Below, piece by piece: positions 18,663-28,581 of a stretch of DNA of 64,000 nt. The stretch is from an uncultured Bacilli bacterium (GTDB lineage: Bacteria; Bacillota_I; Bacilli_A; RF39; UBA660). The notes beneath the pieces were generated by a model. It was not told the origin of the DNA, ran no database searches, and saw nothing but the letters and a program-made list of their open reading frames with translations. Position 1 is the first letter of the stretch; each line of letters begins with the position of its first letter. The translations under genes and the position numbers were made by a program. Location: contig CALVUX010000004.1 of assembly GCA_944363715.1 (NCBI GenBank), forward strand, positions 5,140 through 69,139, given 5' to 3'.

Positions 18663-19534
18663 AAGGAATTATTTTAGCAGGAGGTAGTGGAACTAGACTT
18701 TATCCTTTAACAGAAGTTACAAGTAAACAGCTGATGCCAATTTATGATAAGCCTATGATTTATTATCCCTTATCAGTACTAATGCAAGCGGAAATTAAAG
18801 ATATTTTAATAATATCGACTCCTAAAGATTTACCTAGATTTATGGAATTATTAGGAGATGGTTCTAAGTTTGGAGTTAATTTTTCTTACAAAGAACAACC
18901 TAGTCCAGATGGCCTTGCTCAAGCCTTTATTTTAGGTAAAGAATTTATTGGAAATGATACTTGTTGTATGGTACTTGGTGATAATATTTTCTATGGGCCT
19001 AATTTAAAGAATGAGTTATTGAAAGCGAAAGAGGATGCTAGTAAAGGTAAAGCAACTGTCTTTGGTTATCATGTCCATGATCCTGAACGTTTTGGGGTAG
19101 TTGAATTTGATAAAGATGGCAAAGTTTTAAGTGTTGAAGAAAAGCCTGATAATCCTAAGAGTAATTATGCGATAACAGGACTTTATTTCTATGATAACTC
19201 TGTAGTTGAGAAAGCTGCAAATTTAAAACCATCTAAAAGAGGAGAGTTAGAAATAACTGATTTAAATAAACTTTATTTAAATGATTCTAAATTAAACGTA
19301 ATTACTTTAAATGAAGGTTACGGATGGTTTGATACAGGAACATTTAAGAGTTTATTTGATGCTACTAATTTTGTTGCAACTATTCAGGAACATCAAAATA
19401 TTACTATATGCTGTCCAGAAGAAATAGCTTATAAAAATGGGTGGTTAAGTAAAGAAAAAGTACTAGAAGCTGCTAAATTAATGAAAAAGAATACTTATGG
19501 GAAACATTTAATGGAAATTGTGGAGGAGAGATAA
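18659..19534 (+). CDS. rmlA: Glucose-1-phosphate thymidylyltransferase
   Basis: [18 protein letters not shown]...[17 protein letters not shown]...SPDGLAQAF...LGDNIF...YGWFDTGT is near-canonical RmlA/RfbA. Confidence 0.95.
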   Translation: MKGIILAGGSGTRLYPLTEVTSKQLMPIYDKPMIYYPLSVLMQAEIKDILIISTPKDLPRFMELLGDGSKFGVNFSYKEQPSPDGLAQAFILGKEFIGNDTCCMVLGDNIFYGPNLKNELLKAKEDASKGKATVFGYHVHDPERFGVVEFDKDGKVLSVEEKPDNPKSNYAITGLYFYDNSVVEKAANLKPSKRGELEITDLNKLYLNDSKLNVITLNEGYGWFDTGTFKSLFDATNFVATIQEHQNITICCPEEIAYKNGWLSKEKVLEAAKLMKKNTYGKHLMEIVEER

Positions 19535-19535
19535 T

Positions 19536-20108
19536 ATGAAAAAAATTGAAACTAATTTATTAGATTGTTATATTTTAGAACCAGATAAATTTGGAGATGA
19601 AAGAGGATATTTTTCACCTTATTATATAGAAGCTAATTTAAAAGAATTAGGTTTTGAAGGTGTAAAACAAGCAAACAGAAGTAAAAGTGCTAAAGGAGTA
19701 GTTAGAGGACTTCATTTCCAAGAAGATCCAAAGTGTCAAGCTAAAATAGTTGAGGTTATTAAAGGTTCTGCTATTGATGTAGTTGTTGATATTAGAAAAG
19801 ATTCAGATACTTATGGAAAATATACTGCTGTTAAACTAACAGAAGATAATAATAGACAATTATTTGTACCTCGTGGTTTTGCACATGGATTTATTTCATT
19901 AGAAGATGATACAATTTTTCAATATCTAGTTGATAATGATTATGCACCTGACAAAGAAGGAGGAATCCTTTGGAATGATCCAGGCCTTAATATTAATTGG
20001 GATGAGATGTTCAAAGAAAATAATATAACTGAGCCAATCTTATCTGAGAAAGATGGGAAGCATCCAACATTAGAAGAATCTAAAGTGTTATTTTTAAGGA
20101 GGAAATAA
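19536..20108 (+). CDS. rmlC: dTDP-4-dehydrorhamnose 3,5-epimerase
   Basis: LEPDKFGDERGYF...RGLHFQ...KIVEVIKGSAIDVVVDIR...FVPRGFAHGF. ATG at 19536 follows GGAGGAG. Confidence 0.95.
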   Translation: MKKIETNLLDCYILEPDKFGDERGYFSPYYIEANLKELGFEGVKQANRSKSAKGVVRGLHFQEDPKCQAKIVEVIKGSAIDVVVDIRKDSDTYGKYTAVKLTEDNNRQLFVPRGFAHGFISLEDDTIFQYLVDNDYAPDKEGGILWNDPGLNINWDEMFKENNITEPILSEKDGKHPTLEESKVLFLRRK

Positions 20109-21001
20109 TGAAATATTTAATTACAGGTTATAAAGGACAATTGGGTTATGATGTTAAAAGAGAATTACTAAAAAGAGGAGTTGGTGAAGAAAATATTCTT
20201 CCTCTTGATAAAGATGAAATGGATATTACTAATAGAGAAGAGGTAAATAAAGTTGTAAAAGAATTTGCTCCTGATGTTGTTTTTCATTGTGCAGCATGGA
20301 CTGCAGTTGATAAAGCAGAAGATATGGAAGATGCTTGTTATAATGTTAATGTAGTTGGTACAAAAAATGTTGTAGATGCTTCAATTGAAGTAGGTGCTAC
20401 TACTATATATATGTCAACTGATTATGTTTTTGATGGTACAAAAGAAGGACTATATACAGAAGAGGATAAAGTTAATCCTAAGAGTGTTTATGGTAGGACT
20501 AAATTTTTAGGTGAGGAAGAAGTTAGACGTAATCCTAAACACTTTATTACAAGAATATCTTGGGTATTTGGAATTAATGGCCATAACTTTATTAGAACAA
20601 TGCTAAAACTATCAGATAATCATAGTGAATTAAATGTTGTTGATGATCAAATAGGTAGTCCTACATACACAGTTGATCTTGCTAAAAGCTTAGTAGATAT
20701 GTCTAATAGTGATAAATATGGTACTTACAATGTTACTAATAGTGAATATTGTAGTTGGGCAGAGTTTGCAGAATACATCTTTGAGTCTAATAAAAAAGAT
20801 GTTAAAGTAAATAAAGTTACAACGGAAGAGTATTTAGAATTAACTGGTACTAAACAAGCATATCGACCTAGAAATTCTAAACTTGATAAATCTAAGCTAG
20901 AAGAGAATTTTGGATTGTTACCAACTTGGAAAGATGCAGTAAATCGTTACAATATAGAACTTGAAGAAGAAAAAAAGTTAGTTAAAAAATATAATATTTA
21001 A
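20108..21001 (+). CDS. rmlD: dTDP-4-dehydrorhamnose reductase
   Basis: MKYLITGYKGQLG..., CAAWTAVDKAE, STDYVFDG, VYGRTK (YxxxK), WVFG...NFIRTML and DQIGSPTY match RmlD. Confidence 0.95.
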   Translation: MKYLITGYKGQLGYDVKRELLKRGVGEENILPLDKDEMDITNREEVNKVVKEFAPDVVFHCAAWTAVDKAEDMEDACYNVNVVGTKNVVDASIEVGATTIYMSTDYVFDGTKEGLYTEEDKVNPKSVYGRTKFLGEEEVRRNPKHFITRISWVFGINGHNFIRTMLKLSDNHSELNVVDDQIGSPTYTVDLAKSLVDMSNSDKYGTYNVTNSEYCSWAEFAEYIFESNKKDVKVNKVTTEEYLELTGTKQAYRPRNSKLDKSKLEENFGLLPTWKDAVNRYNIELEEEKKLVKKYNI

Positions 21002-21012
21002 GGAGAACAACT

Positions 21013-21909
21013 ATGCTTGAGGTTAAACATATTACAAAATATTATGGTAAAAATAGGGCAGTTAATAATCTGTCCTTTACTGTTAAAGATGGAGAAATCT
21101 TTGGATTACTTGGTGAGAATGGTGCAGGTAAAACTACGACATTTAGAATTATTATGGGTTTAATTGATTCTAATAAAGGAGAAGTTTTACTTGATGGTAA
21201 GAAAATTGACTATAATTTAACTGATAAAATAGGTTTTGTTACAGAAGAGAGAAGTTTACTTACTAAACTTACTGTTTTAGAACAACTTACATTTTATGGA
21301 GTATTAAAAGGTCTTGATGAGAGAACTATAGAAAAAGATATAGATAAATGGTTAGAAAAGTTTGAGATTTCTAGTTATAAAAATAGAAAAATTAAAGAAT
21401 TATCTAAAGGTAATCAACAAAAGATTCAGTTTATTTCTGCTATCATTAATCATCCTAAACTATTAATATTAGATGAGCCTTTTACAGGTCTTGATCCTAT
21501 TAATGTTAAGATGATGAAAGATGCTATATATGATTTACAAAAAGAAGGAACATCTATTATCTTTTCATCACATCAGATGGAATATATTGAAGACTTTTGT
21601 GAGAAATTAGTTATCCTTGTAAAAGGTCATCCTGTAGTAAGTGGTGATTTAAAGACTATAAAGGAAGAATTTGGTATTAAAAATATTATGTTAAGAGGAG
21701 ATGATTTACCTCTTGATAAAATAAAGAAAGAAAAAGGAGTATTAGATGTTTCTAAAGTAAGAGGAGAAATAGAAGTAAAAATAGAAGATAAAACAGTCGT
21801 TCCTAAGATATTCTCTTTAGTTAAAAACTGTAATATCACTAAGTATGATGTAGTTGAACCTACACTTAATGAAATATTTATTGCGAAAGTAGGGGGTATC
21901 CATGAATAG
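21013..21909 (+). CDS. ABC transporter ATP-binding protein (ABC-2/NatA-YhaQ type)
   Basis: Walker A GENGAGKTT, signature LSKGNQQKIQF, Walker B LLILDEP, H-loop SSHQ. Confidence 0.85.
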   Translation: MLEVKHITKYYGKNRAVNNLSFTVKDGEIFGLLGENGAGKTTTFRIIMGLIDSNKGEVLLDGKKIDYNLTDKIGFVTEERSLLTKLTVLEQLTFYGVLKGLDERTIEKDIDKWLEKFEISSYKNRKIKELSKGNQQKIQFISAIINHPKLLILDEPFTGLDPINVKMMKDAIYDLQKEGTSIIFSSHQMEYIEDFCEKLVILVKGHPVVSGDLKTIKEEFGIKNIMLRGDDLPLDKIKKEKGVLDVSKVRGEIEVKIEDKTVVPKIFSLVKNCNITKYDVVEPTLNEIFIAKVGGIHE

Positions 21910-23218
21910 AAAATTCCTTTATCTAACTAAAGTTAGTTTAAGAAAAAAATTTAAAACTAAATGGTTTGTTATTACAAATATAATACTTGCAGTAGCGATT
22001 ATTCTTCTTTTAAATATAAATTCTATTGTATCTTTCTTTGGAGGAGATTTTGACAGTAAGACTAATATAATAGTTGTAGATAATAATACTAATAGTTATG
22101 ATTTATTTAAACAAAATATAAAGAGCTATTCTAATAGTTTAAATAGTGATGAAGATGAAGTGAAAGTAACAGTTAAAAAGAGTAAAAAAGATGCTAATGA
22201 ATTAAAAGATAATTTAGAAGATGATGAGATATTAGTGGAGTTAAATAGTGATAATAAAGAATACTTGAAAGCTAAAGTTACTTCTAATGAGAAAGTAGAT
22301 ACACTAACTTATCAGGTTTTATCTCAGAGCTTAAACTCTACTAAAACTACTATTGGTATGGCTATTAATAATATAGATGCTAATACGTTAAATAATATTT
22401 CTAGTCCTGTAACAATAGATAGAGTAGTTCTTAATGAAGATAATAATGTTGATGAGAATATGGGACTTATTATGAGTAGTGTCTTTCCAACTATTATCCT
22501 ACCATTTTTCATGTTAACTATGGTTTTAATCCAAATGGTAGGAGGAGAAATATGTGAAGAGAAAACAACTCGCAGTATGGAGATAATTATATCTAATGTT
22601 TCTCCTAAGCAACATTTAATGTCTAAGATACTTGCTAGTAATATCTTTGTTATAGTACAAGGCTTACTTTTAGTAATTTATGCTGTAATAGGTCTATTAA
22701 TAAGTACAAATATGCTTAGTAGTGGAATGGCTTTACCTAGTGAAGTTACATCTATCTTTGATAGTCTAGTAGCATCAGGTTTTATAGAGAAATTAATCTA
22801 TGTAATACCTTTAACTTTAATATTAATAGTATTATCATTCTTAGCATATTCAATAGTTGCAGGAATCCTTGCCTCTATGACTGTTAATATGGAAGACTTT
22901 TCACAGTTACAAACACCATTAGTATTCCTTTCTTTAGGAGGATATTACTTAGCGATGATGGCAGGTATGTTTAATGGATCACTTCTTATTAGAATACTTT
23001 CATATGTACCATTCCTATCATCATTTGTTAGTCCTAGTCTTTATATGATGGGAGAGATAGGTTTAATTGATATAGTTATTTCTATCATAGTACTTGTTAT
23101 CTTTATCTATTTAATGTTACATTTTGGTATTAAAGTATATAAAGTAGGAATACTTAATTATTCTAATGAAAAAGCATGGAGTAAGTTATTTAAAGCATTT
23201 AAGAGTAAAGATGTGTAG
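21902..23218 (+). CDS. ABC-2 family permease (NatB/YhaP-like) with a large extracytoplasmic loop
   Basis: N-terminal TM segment, a hydrophilic loop of about 170 aa, then 5 TM segments. Overlaps the ATPase gene stop. Confidence 0.7.
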   Translation: MNRKFLYLTKVSLRKKFKTKWFVITNIILAVAIILLLNINSIVSFFGGDFDSKTNIIVVDNNTNSYDLFKQNIKSYSNSLNSDEDEVKVTVKKSKKDANELKDNLEDDEILVELNSDNKEYLKAKVTSNEKVDTLTYQVLSQSLNSTKTTIGMAINNIDANTLNNISSPVTIDRVVLNEDNNVDENMGLIMSSVFPTIILPFFMLTMVLIQMVGGEICEEKTTRSMEIIISNVSPKQHLMSKILASNIFVIVQGLLLVIYAVIGLLISTNMLSSGMALPSEVTSIFDSLVASGFIEKLIYVIPLTLILIVLSFLAYSIVAGILASMTVNMEDFSQLQTPLVFLSLGGYYLAMMAGMFNGSLLIRILSYVPFLSSFVSPSLYMMGEIGLIDIVISIIVLVIFIYLMLHFGIKVYKVGILNYSNEKAWSKLFKAFKSKDV

Positions 23219-23242
23219 ATTCTTCAAACTTAATTTAATCTA

Positions 23243-23271
23243 TTGATAAAATATTAGCATTATGTTAATAT
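23243..23271 (+). promoter_or_regulatory. Sigma-A-type promoter for the lipoprotein gene
   Basis: TTGATA, 17-nt spacer, then TAATAT with an upstream TGn extension. Confidence 0.5.
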
Positions 23272-23291
23272 AAGTCACAAGGAGGTTTGGC

Positions 23292-23744
23292 ATGAATAAG
23301 TTTATTAAAAAGTTAGCTTTATACTCAACAGTAGGACTATTGGGAACTTTTTCTTTAACAGGTTGTGGTTCTTCTGATAGTGAAAGTAAAGAAGAAGTCA
23401 TTGTAGAAGAAGATAATAGTAATAAAGATGAGCAAGTTGAAACCAAATATTTCGATGTTGGAGAGCATGTATTTTGTAAAGGTTTTTTGGCATATTTGTC
23501 TTACAATGGTTTTGAAAATAGTGGTGGTTCTATAAATATTCCTACTGGTTATCATATTTTTGATATTGAACAGCAAGATGCAGGTGGCGACTACATTTTT
23601 TATATGGTATTTTATATTAATGATGTACCTGTTAAAGCAGATGTATTTTATAATGAAAGAATTGGAACGTACGATTATAGTAATCCTGGTACACCTGTAT
23701 TAGAAAATACTAATAAATTAGAAGAAAATGAGAAGACGAGATAA
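23292..23744 (+). CDS. Lipoprotein of unknown function
   Basis: Signal peptide with lipobox LTGC (FSLTG|CGSS). RBS AGGAGG. Confidence 0.75.
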   Translation: MNKFIKKLALYSTVGLLGTFSLTGCGSSDSESKEEVIVEEDNSNKDEQVETKYFDVGEHVFCKGFLAYLSYNGFENSGGSINIPTGYHIFDIEQQDAGGDYIFYMVFYINDVPVKADVFYNERIGTYDYSNPGTPVLENTNKLEENEKTR

Positions 23745-23764
23745 TTTATGTATCGTCTTTTTCT
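23733..23764 (+). terminator. Rho-independent terminator of the lipoprotein gene, partly duplicated by the IS insertion
   Basis: AAGACGA / TCGTCTT stem followed by TTT. Confidence 0.5.
23748..23764. repeat. Left copy of the 17-bp target-site duplication ATGTATCGTCTTTTTCT
   Basis: Identical 17-mer also at 25265-25281. Both copies abut the IS inverted repeats. Confidence 0.9.
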
Positions 23765-25264
23765 GTTAAGATTTTTTAGAAATGTTACATTTTTAAATTA
23801 TTAAATTGATAACAAACAAAGGCGAACTTTGTTTGAAGAATAATTATAATTTATGAAAGTTAAAAAGCAAGGGTCAAGATGAACTCAACTATGTTTCGCC
23901 CTTGCTTTTAATCTTTCATCTCTTTCTCTCAATAATACTTCTAATTGTTTTTGGTCATCAATTATTTTTTGTTCTTTCTTCTTCATATCAACCCTGTGTC
24001 CTTCAATTTTTCTTGTATTATATATTTTATTGTTTTTAAAAATTCTAATATCATTAGTAAATACATCTTGCCAAACTTCAACAGTTGTTCCTTTATAAAA
24101 TACAAAGTCACTGCCATCACTATTTATAGGGATATAATAATTATTATTAATGGATATCATGTTGCCATTTAATATTTTTCTATCTACTTTAATGCACATT
24201 ATTGTAGATAAGTCTGTATTATCTAAAGGAATAAAATCTGTCTCTTCTTCTAGTGGTGGATAGGAGAACTTTTTATTTAGATAATCAATGTAATAATCGT
24301 TAAACCATTTATTTAATTCATCATATGTTTTAATATTAAATCGTTTAATATCGTTTAACAATCTGTTTTGTACAACTTTGTTTTTGTTTTCAATTTTACC
24401 TTTAGCTTGTGGTGTATTTGCGTATATTAATTCAATACCGAGTTCATCTAACATTCTTCCAACTTGAGTTAATTCACCATCTTTTTGATTCCATAAAATT
24501 GTTGTTCTATCTGAATATATTGATTGTGGTAGTCCATATTTTTCAAACATTATTTTAAAAGCATAACAATAACCTAATTGACATTCTGTAGGCATAAACC
24601 ATCCTGAAAGTATTTCATCAGTAGCATCATCTAAAGTCATATGCAATGAAAATAGTTTTCCATTACCAAACCAGTCATGTGGAGTACCATCTGTCATAAT
24701 AAGTATTCCTCTTCTTGGAGAAGGATCTCTTAAAGGATGTTGATTAGAATCATTTTTAAAACTTTTGTGTTTAACTGGACTTTTCCTTCCTTCTTTTTTG
24801 TATAATTGTTGAAAGAAAGATTTACTTCTAACTTTAAGATTATATTTTTTTACATCGTCTTGCTTTTCTTTATTCCAAATAACATCTTCATGATAAATAT
24901 CCATAAACTGTGATATACTAATAACTGGATATTGATTTTTAAAATTCTTAATATATTCAATCTCTTGGCTGGGAGCGGAATTATTAGAATTTTTACCTGT
25001 GAGTCCATGAACTAACAGGTTATCAATCTCCTTTTTTTCAACTTCTTTAATCAAACGATTTAAATGCATTCTAGAATAACCAGTTTGATTAGAAATTTCA
25101 CTAAAGGTGATTTTAATTTCACCATTATTTTTTTGCTTTAATAGTTCCAAAGCTTTTTTCTTGTTTTTTATCAAAATAAAACACCTCTTTCTCTAGAGGT
25201 ATATTATATAATAAATGTAACATTTTAAAAAAATCTCTATGTAACATTTTAAAAAAGCTTTAAC
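23765..25264 (-). mobile_element. Intact 1500-bp insertion sequence (DDE/rve transposase; IS1202/ISNCY-like by TSD length and transposase size)
   Basis: Terminal inverted repeats are GTTAAGATTTTTTAGAAATGTTACA (left) and GTTAAAGCTTTTTTAAAATGTTACA (right, reverse complement), about 20/25 identical. Single 429-aa transposase ORF. Flanked by a perfect 17-bp direct repeat. Confidence 0.85.
23885..25174 (-). CDS. IS transposase (N-terminal HTH plus DDE integrase-core domain)
   Basis: N-terminal HTH-like FSEISNQTGYSRMHLNRLIKE. Core has MTDGTPHDWFG...SIYSDRTTI...ANTPQAKGKIENKN (D, D, E spacing of the rve fold). Confidence 0.8.
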   Translation of the reverse strand: MIKNKKKALELLKQKNNGEIKITFSEISNQTGYSRMHLNRLIKEVEKKEIDNLLVHGLTGKNSNNSAPSQEIEYIKNFKNQYPVISISQFMDIYHEDVIWNKEKQDDVKKYNLKVRSKSFFQQLYKKEGRKSPVKHKSFKNDSNQHPLRDPSPRRGILIMTDGTPHDWFGNGKLFSLHMTLDDATDEILSGWFMPTECQLGYCYAFKIMFEKYGLPQSIYSDRTTILWNQKDGELTQVGRMLDELGIELIYANTPQAKGKIENKNKVVQNRLLNDIKRFNIKTYDELNKWFNDYYIDYLNKKFSYPPLEEETDFIPLDNTDLSTIMCIKVDRKILNGNMISINNNYYIPINSDGSDFVFYKGTTVEVWQDVFTNDIRIFKNNKIYNTRKIEGHRVDMKKKEQKIIDDQKQLEVLLRERDERLKARAKHS

Positions 25265-25281
25265 ATGTATCGTCTTTTTCT
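25265..25281. repeat. Right copy of the 17-bp target-site duplication
   Basis: ATGTATCGTCTTTTTCT immediately outside the right IR. Confidence 0.9.
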
Positions 25282-25331
25282 TTATAAAAAAATAATTCTG
25301 TGATAGACTAATTATAGAAGGATTGATGCAG

Positions 25332-26246
25332 ATGAAGAGAATTGTAATTATAGGTTGTGGTAATGTAGGATTAGAATATTTAAAGAAACTATGTATGGTT
25401 GATATTTCTTTAGATATAAGTTTAATTGATATAGATGAAGAGAAACTTGAAGGAGAGATACTTGATTTAGAACATTCTTTAGTCTATAGAAATAGTAATA
25501 TCAATATAAAACTTGGTAATTATAGTGACTGTGATAATGCAGATATAGTTGTAATAACTGCAGGTATTCCTCAGTCTACTAAGGATAGAATGAGTGATTT
25601 AGAGAAAGCTAATGAGATAGTAGTAGATATTACTAATAAATTAAGAGAAACATCTTTTAATGGTATTATATTAGTCGCTTGTAATCCTTTAGATGTTATT
25701 ACTGAACTTATTGCTCATTATACAGATTATTCCTACAATAAAGTAATAGGGACTGGAACTATGCTTGATACAGCAAGATTAAAGTCATTAATTAGTAAAA
25801 AGATTAAGGTAAAGCCTAGTGATATAAATGCTTATGTTTTAGGAGAACATGGTAATAGTCAGTTTGTCGCTTGGAGTAATGCTAATATAGGTTTAGAAAA
25901 TATAAGTCATTTTTTATCACTTGATGATAAAGAAGAGTTAGAAGATGAGACTAGACATATGGGTGGTGTTATAGTTAAACATAAAGGTTATACTAGTGAT
26001 GGAGTAGCATCTTGCCTTTTAGAACTTACTTTATGTATTTTTAATGACTTAAAGAAAGTATATTCAGTATCAAATTATAATACAACTTATGATGTATATA
26101 TATCTACACCTTGTATTATAGGTAAAAAAGGAATAGAGAAAGTTATTAATATAAAATTAACTGAGGAAGAAGAAGAAAAATTAGAGAGCAGTGCTGAAGT
26201 AATCAGTGAAGCACTTTCAAGAATATTACCAAAAGAATTGTATTAG
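25332..26246 (+). CDS. L-lactate / L-2-hydroxyacid dehydrogenase family protein
   Basis: IVIIGCGNVGLEY (Rossmann fold), ITAGIPQSTKDRMSDL, GTGTMLDTARL and GEHGNSQF (catalytic His) follow the LDH/MDH pattern. Confidence 0.8.
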   Translation: MKRIVIIGCGNVGLEYLKKLCMVDISLDISLIDIDEEKLEGEILDLEHSLVYRNSNINIKLGNYSDCDNADIVVITAGIPQSTKDRMSDLEKANEIVVDITNKLRETSFNGIILVACNPLDVITELIAHYTDYSYNKVIGTGTMLDTARLKSLISKKIKVKPSDINAYVLGEHGNSQFVAWSNANIGLENISHFLSLDDKEELEDETRHMGGVIVKHKGYTSDGVASCLLELTLCIFNDLKKVYSVSNYNTTYDVYISTPCIIGKKGIEKVINIKLTEEEEEKLESSAEVISEALSRILPKELY

Positions 26247-26258
26247 GAGGTATTTAAT

Positions 26259-26603
26259 ATGTGGAACTATTTATTTTTAGTAATTATATTCTTATTTATG
26301 GCTATAGAAGTAGTTAGTGCTTATAAGTTTTTTAGATTAAAAAAAATAAAGTTAGGTATTTTTTCAACAATATATTTTCTTATTACTTTAATACTTACTT
26401 TAAGTTATTTTAGGAGTCGTGATGTAGCCGTTGAAAATGAATTAGAAAGTCTTATTAATGGAATTACTGATATTAATCTTTTTGCAATTTTAGTTTTAAT
26501 TCTTAATATAGGTATGATAGTGATTAGTATTATTAGTTATGTTAAAGTAATGAAATTAAGTAGAGAGTCAAAAAAAATAAAAGGCTTATCAGTTAGAACA
26601 TGA
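26259..26603 (+). CDS. Small membrane protein, unknown function
   Basis: Three or four TM segments. RBS GGAGG. Follows the ldh-like gene. Confidence 0.5.
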   Translation: MWNYLFLVIIFLFMAIEVVSAYKFFRLKKIKLGIFSTIYFLITLILTLSYFRSRDVAVENELESLINGITDINLFAILVLILNIGMIVISIISYVKVMKLSRESKKIKGLSVRT

Positions 26604-26681
26604 TAGTCTTAATTATATATGTTTGATAGTTTATTTATAGGTAATCTGCTTGAAATAAAATAAAAGAGGAGAAAAATTATT

Positions 26682-27953
26682 TTATAATATTTCATCCTCT
26701 TTTGTTTTATTTTCTTCATATTTTATATCTCTAATCTTGCAATAAACATCCAAATCATCATCCACATCAATTATCTTATAAATTTCATCAAAAGATGTTT
26801 TGCCATCTAATACTTTCATTAGACCATCTTGTAAAAGGGTAATAACATCAGATTTATAGACTAGTTTATTCAAATCATCTTTTTCTAATTCCTCTTCATT
26901 TAAAGCATTTCTAATTTCATCGTTAATCTCTAATACTTCTTGAATAGCGATACGTCCGTGATAACCATTATTACACTTATCACATCCTTTAGGGTTAGCA
27001 TTGTATATTTCATCTACATCTTTACCTAAAGCAAGTTTAAATACTTTTTTCTGGTAAGGAGTAGTTTTCTCTTTAATATGACAATAAGGACATACCATTT
27101 TTGCAAGTTTTTGAGAAATAATACCTGATAGGGCACTTGATAATAAATATCTTTCTACATTCATATCAAGTAATCTTTCAATAGTACTTAAAGAGTTATT
27201 AGTATGGATTGTAGAAAGTACTAAATGACCTGTAATAGAAGCTCTAACTGCAATTTTAGCAGTTTCACTATCACGAATCTCTCCAATTAAAATGATATTA
27301 GGATCTTGTCTTAAAATAGATCTTAAAACAGTTGCAAAATCAAGACCTATTTCACTATTTACTTGTACTTGATTCAAGCCTTCTAGATTCATCTCTATTG
27401 GATCTTCTACAGTAATAATATTAGTCTCTTTTTTATTTAAAACCTGTAAAATAGAGTAAACTGTAGTACTTTTACCAGAACCAGTCGCACCTGTAATTAA
27501 AATAATGCCATTAGGCTCAGCAATCATTTTTTTTAATTTCTTTAAATTATCATCATTAAAGCCAAGAGTTTCTATTCCTTCTAGACTTCTTGAATAATCA
27601 AGAATACGAATAACACATTTTTCACCTTCATTAGTAGGTAGGGTAGATACACGTGTTTCTAAATTTATACCTTTAATGGTACCTTTAATAGAACCATCTT
27701 GAGGTAATCTACTTTCAGTTATATTCATATTAGCGATAAGTTTGATTCTTGTAATTAAATTTCTTTCATAAATCTTAGGAATTTCTGTATAATCCTTTAA
27801 ATCTCCATCTATTCTAAATCTCACCATTAAAGAATTTTCTCTTGGATCAAAATGAATATCACTAGCACCTGCTTCTGATGCTTTAGCAATAATATCATCA
27901 ACTACATTTACAATAGGTGTTTTTGTCATATCATATGTTACCAAAAGTATCAA
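26682..27953 (-). CDS. Type II/IV secretion-family ATPase (GspE/PilB/ComGA-like)
   Basis: ASDIHFDP, Walker A GATGSGKST, Walker B ILIGEIRD, His box GHLVLSTIHTN, tetracysteine CPYC...CDKC. The exact start is uncertain (TTG 27953, TTG 27944 or ATG 27929). Confidence 0.85.
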   Translation of the reverse strand: MILLVTYDMTKTPIVNVVDDIIAKASEAGASDIHFDPRENSLMVRFRIDGDLKDYTEIPKIYERNLITRIKLIANMNITESRLPQDGSIKGTIKGINLETRVSTLPTNEGEKCVIRILDYSRSLEGIETLGFNDDNLKKLKKMIAEPNGIILITGATGSGKSTTVYSILQVLNKKETNIITVEDPIEMNLEGLNQVQVNSEIGLDFATVLRSILRQDPNIILIGEIRDSETAKIAVRASITGHLVLSTIHTNNSLSTIERLLDMNVERYLLSSALSGIISQKLAKMVCPYCHIKEKTTPYQKKVFKLALGKDVDEIYNANPKGCDKCNNGYHGRIAIQEVLEINDEIRNALNEEELEKDDLNKLVYKSDVITLLQDGLMKVLDGKTSFDEIYKIIDVDDDLDVYCKIRDIKYEENKTKEDEIL

Positions 27954-28030
27954 CCCCTTTACTTTCTTTTATTCTTTTACTATAATATATTATATAGTAA
28001 GAATCACTTAATTACAAGAGGGAGCTTAAA

Positions 28031-28573
28031 ATGAAAGATAAAAAAAAGTTAAATAGGCAAGGATTTATTTTAGTAGAAACATTAATTGTTGGTGTTTTTG
28101 TTATGGGAATTTTTACTTTACTTTATACTAACTTTTTTCCTCTTATTGGTGAATATGAAAGATTTAAAGACTATGATACAGTAGAATCTATTTATATTGC
28201 TCATTGGGCTCGTGTGATAGCTTTAAAAGGCCTAACGGATTCTAGTTATACCACTGCTAGTAATACAGGTTATCTTGATATAACAGATTGTTCTTTATAT
28301 ACTGGTTCTGATGCTCAGAACTCTTGTGCAGCATTTAAGACTATAAATAATGTTTCAAAAATATATTTAACACCATATTCTACTATTAATTTTAAAAATT
28401 ATGTTAAGGACAATAATAGTTTTAGTAGAAGCTTTAGAGATTATATTTCTTATTTACCTACTTATAGTAAAAATACTGCTAAGACACCTGAAAGTGGCTA
28501 TTATAGAGTAATAATTGAATATACTTCAAATGATACTTATAAATATGGTACGATTGAAGTATTTAAAGGTTAG
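28031..28573 (+). CDS. Prepilin-type (class III signal peptide) pseudopilin
   Basis: N-terminus KKLNRQG|FILVETLIVGVFVMGIF has G-1, F+1 and E+5 followed by a hydrophobic helix. Confidence 0.75.
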   Translation: MKDKKKLNRQGFILVETLIVGVFVMGIFTLLYTNFFPLIGEYERFKDYDTVESIYIAHWARVIALKGLTDSSYTTASNTGYLDITDCSLYTGSDAQNSCAAFKTINNVSKIYLTPYSTINFKNYVKDNNSFSRSFRDYISYLPTYSKNTAKTPESGYYRVIIEYTSNDTYKYGTIEVFKG

Positions 28574-28581
28574 GTGATTTT

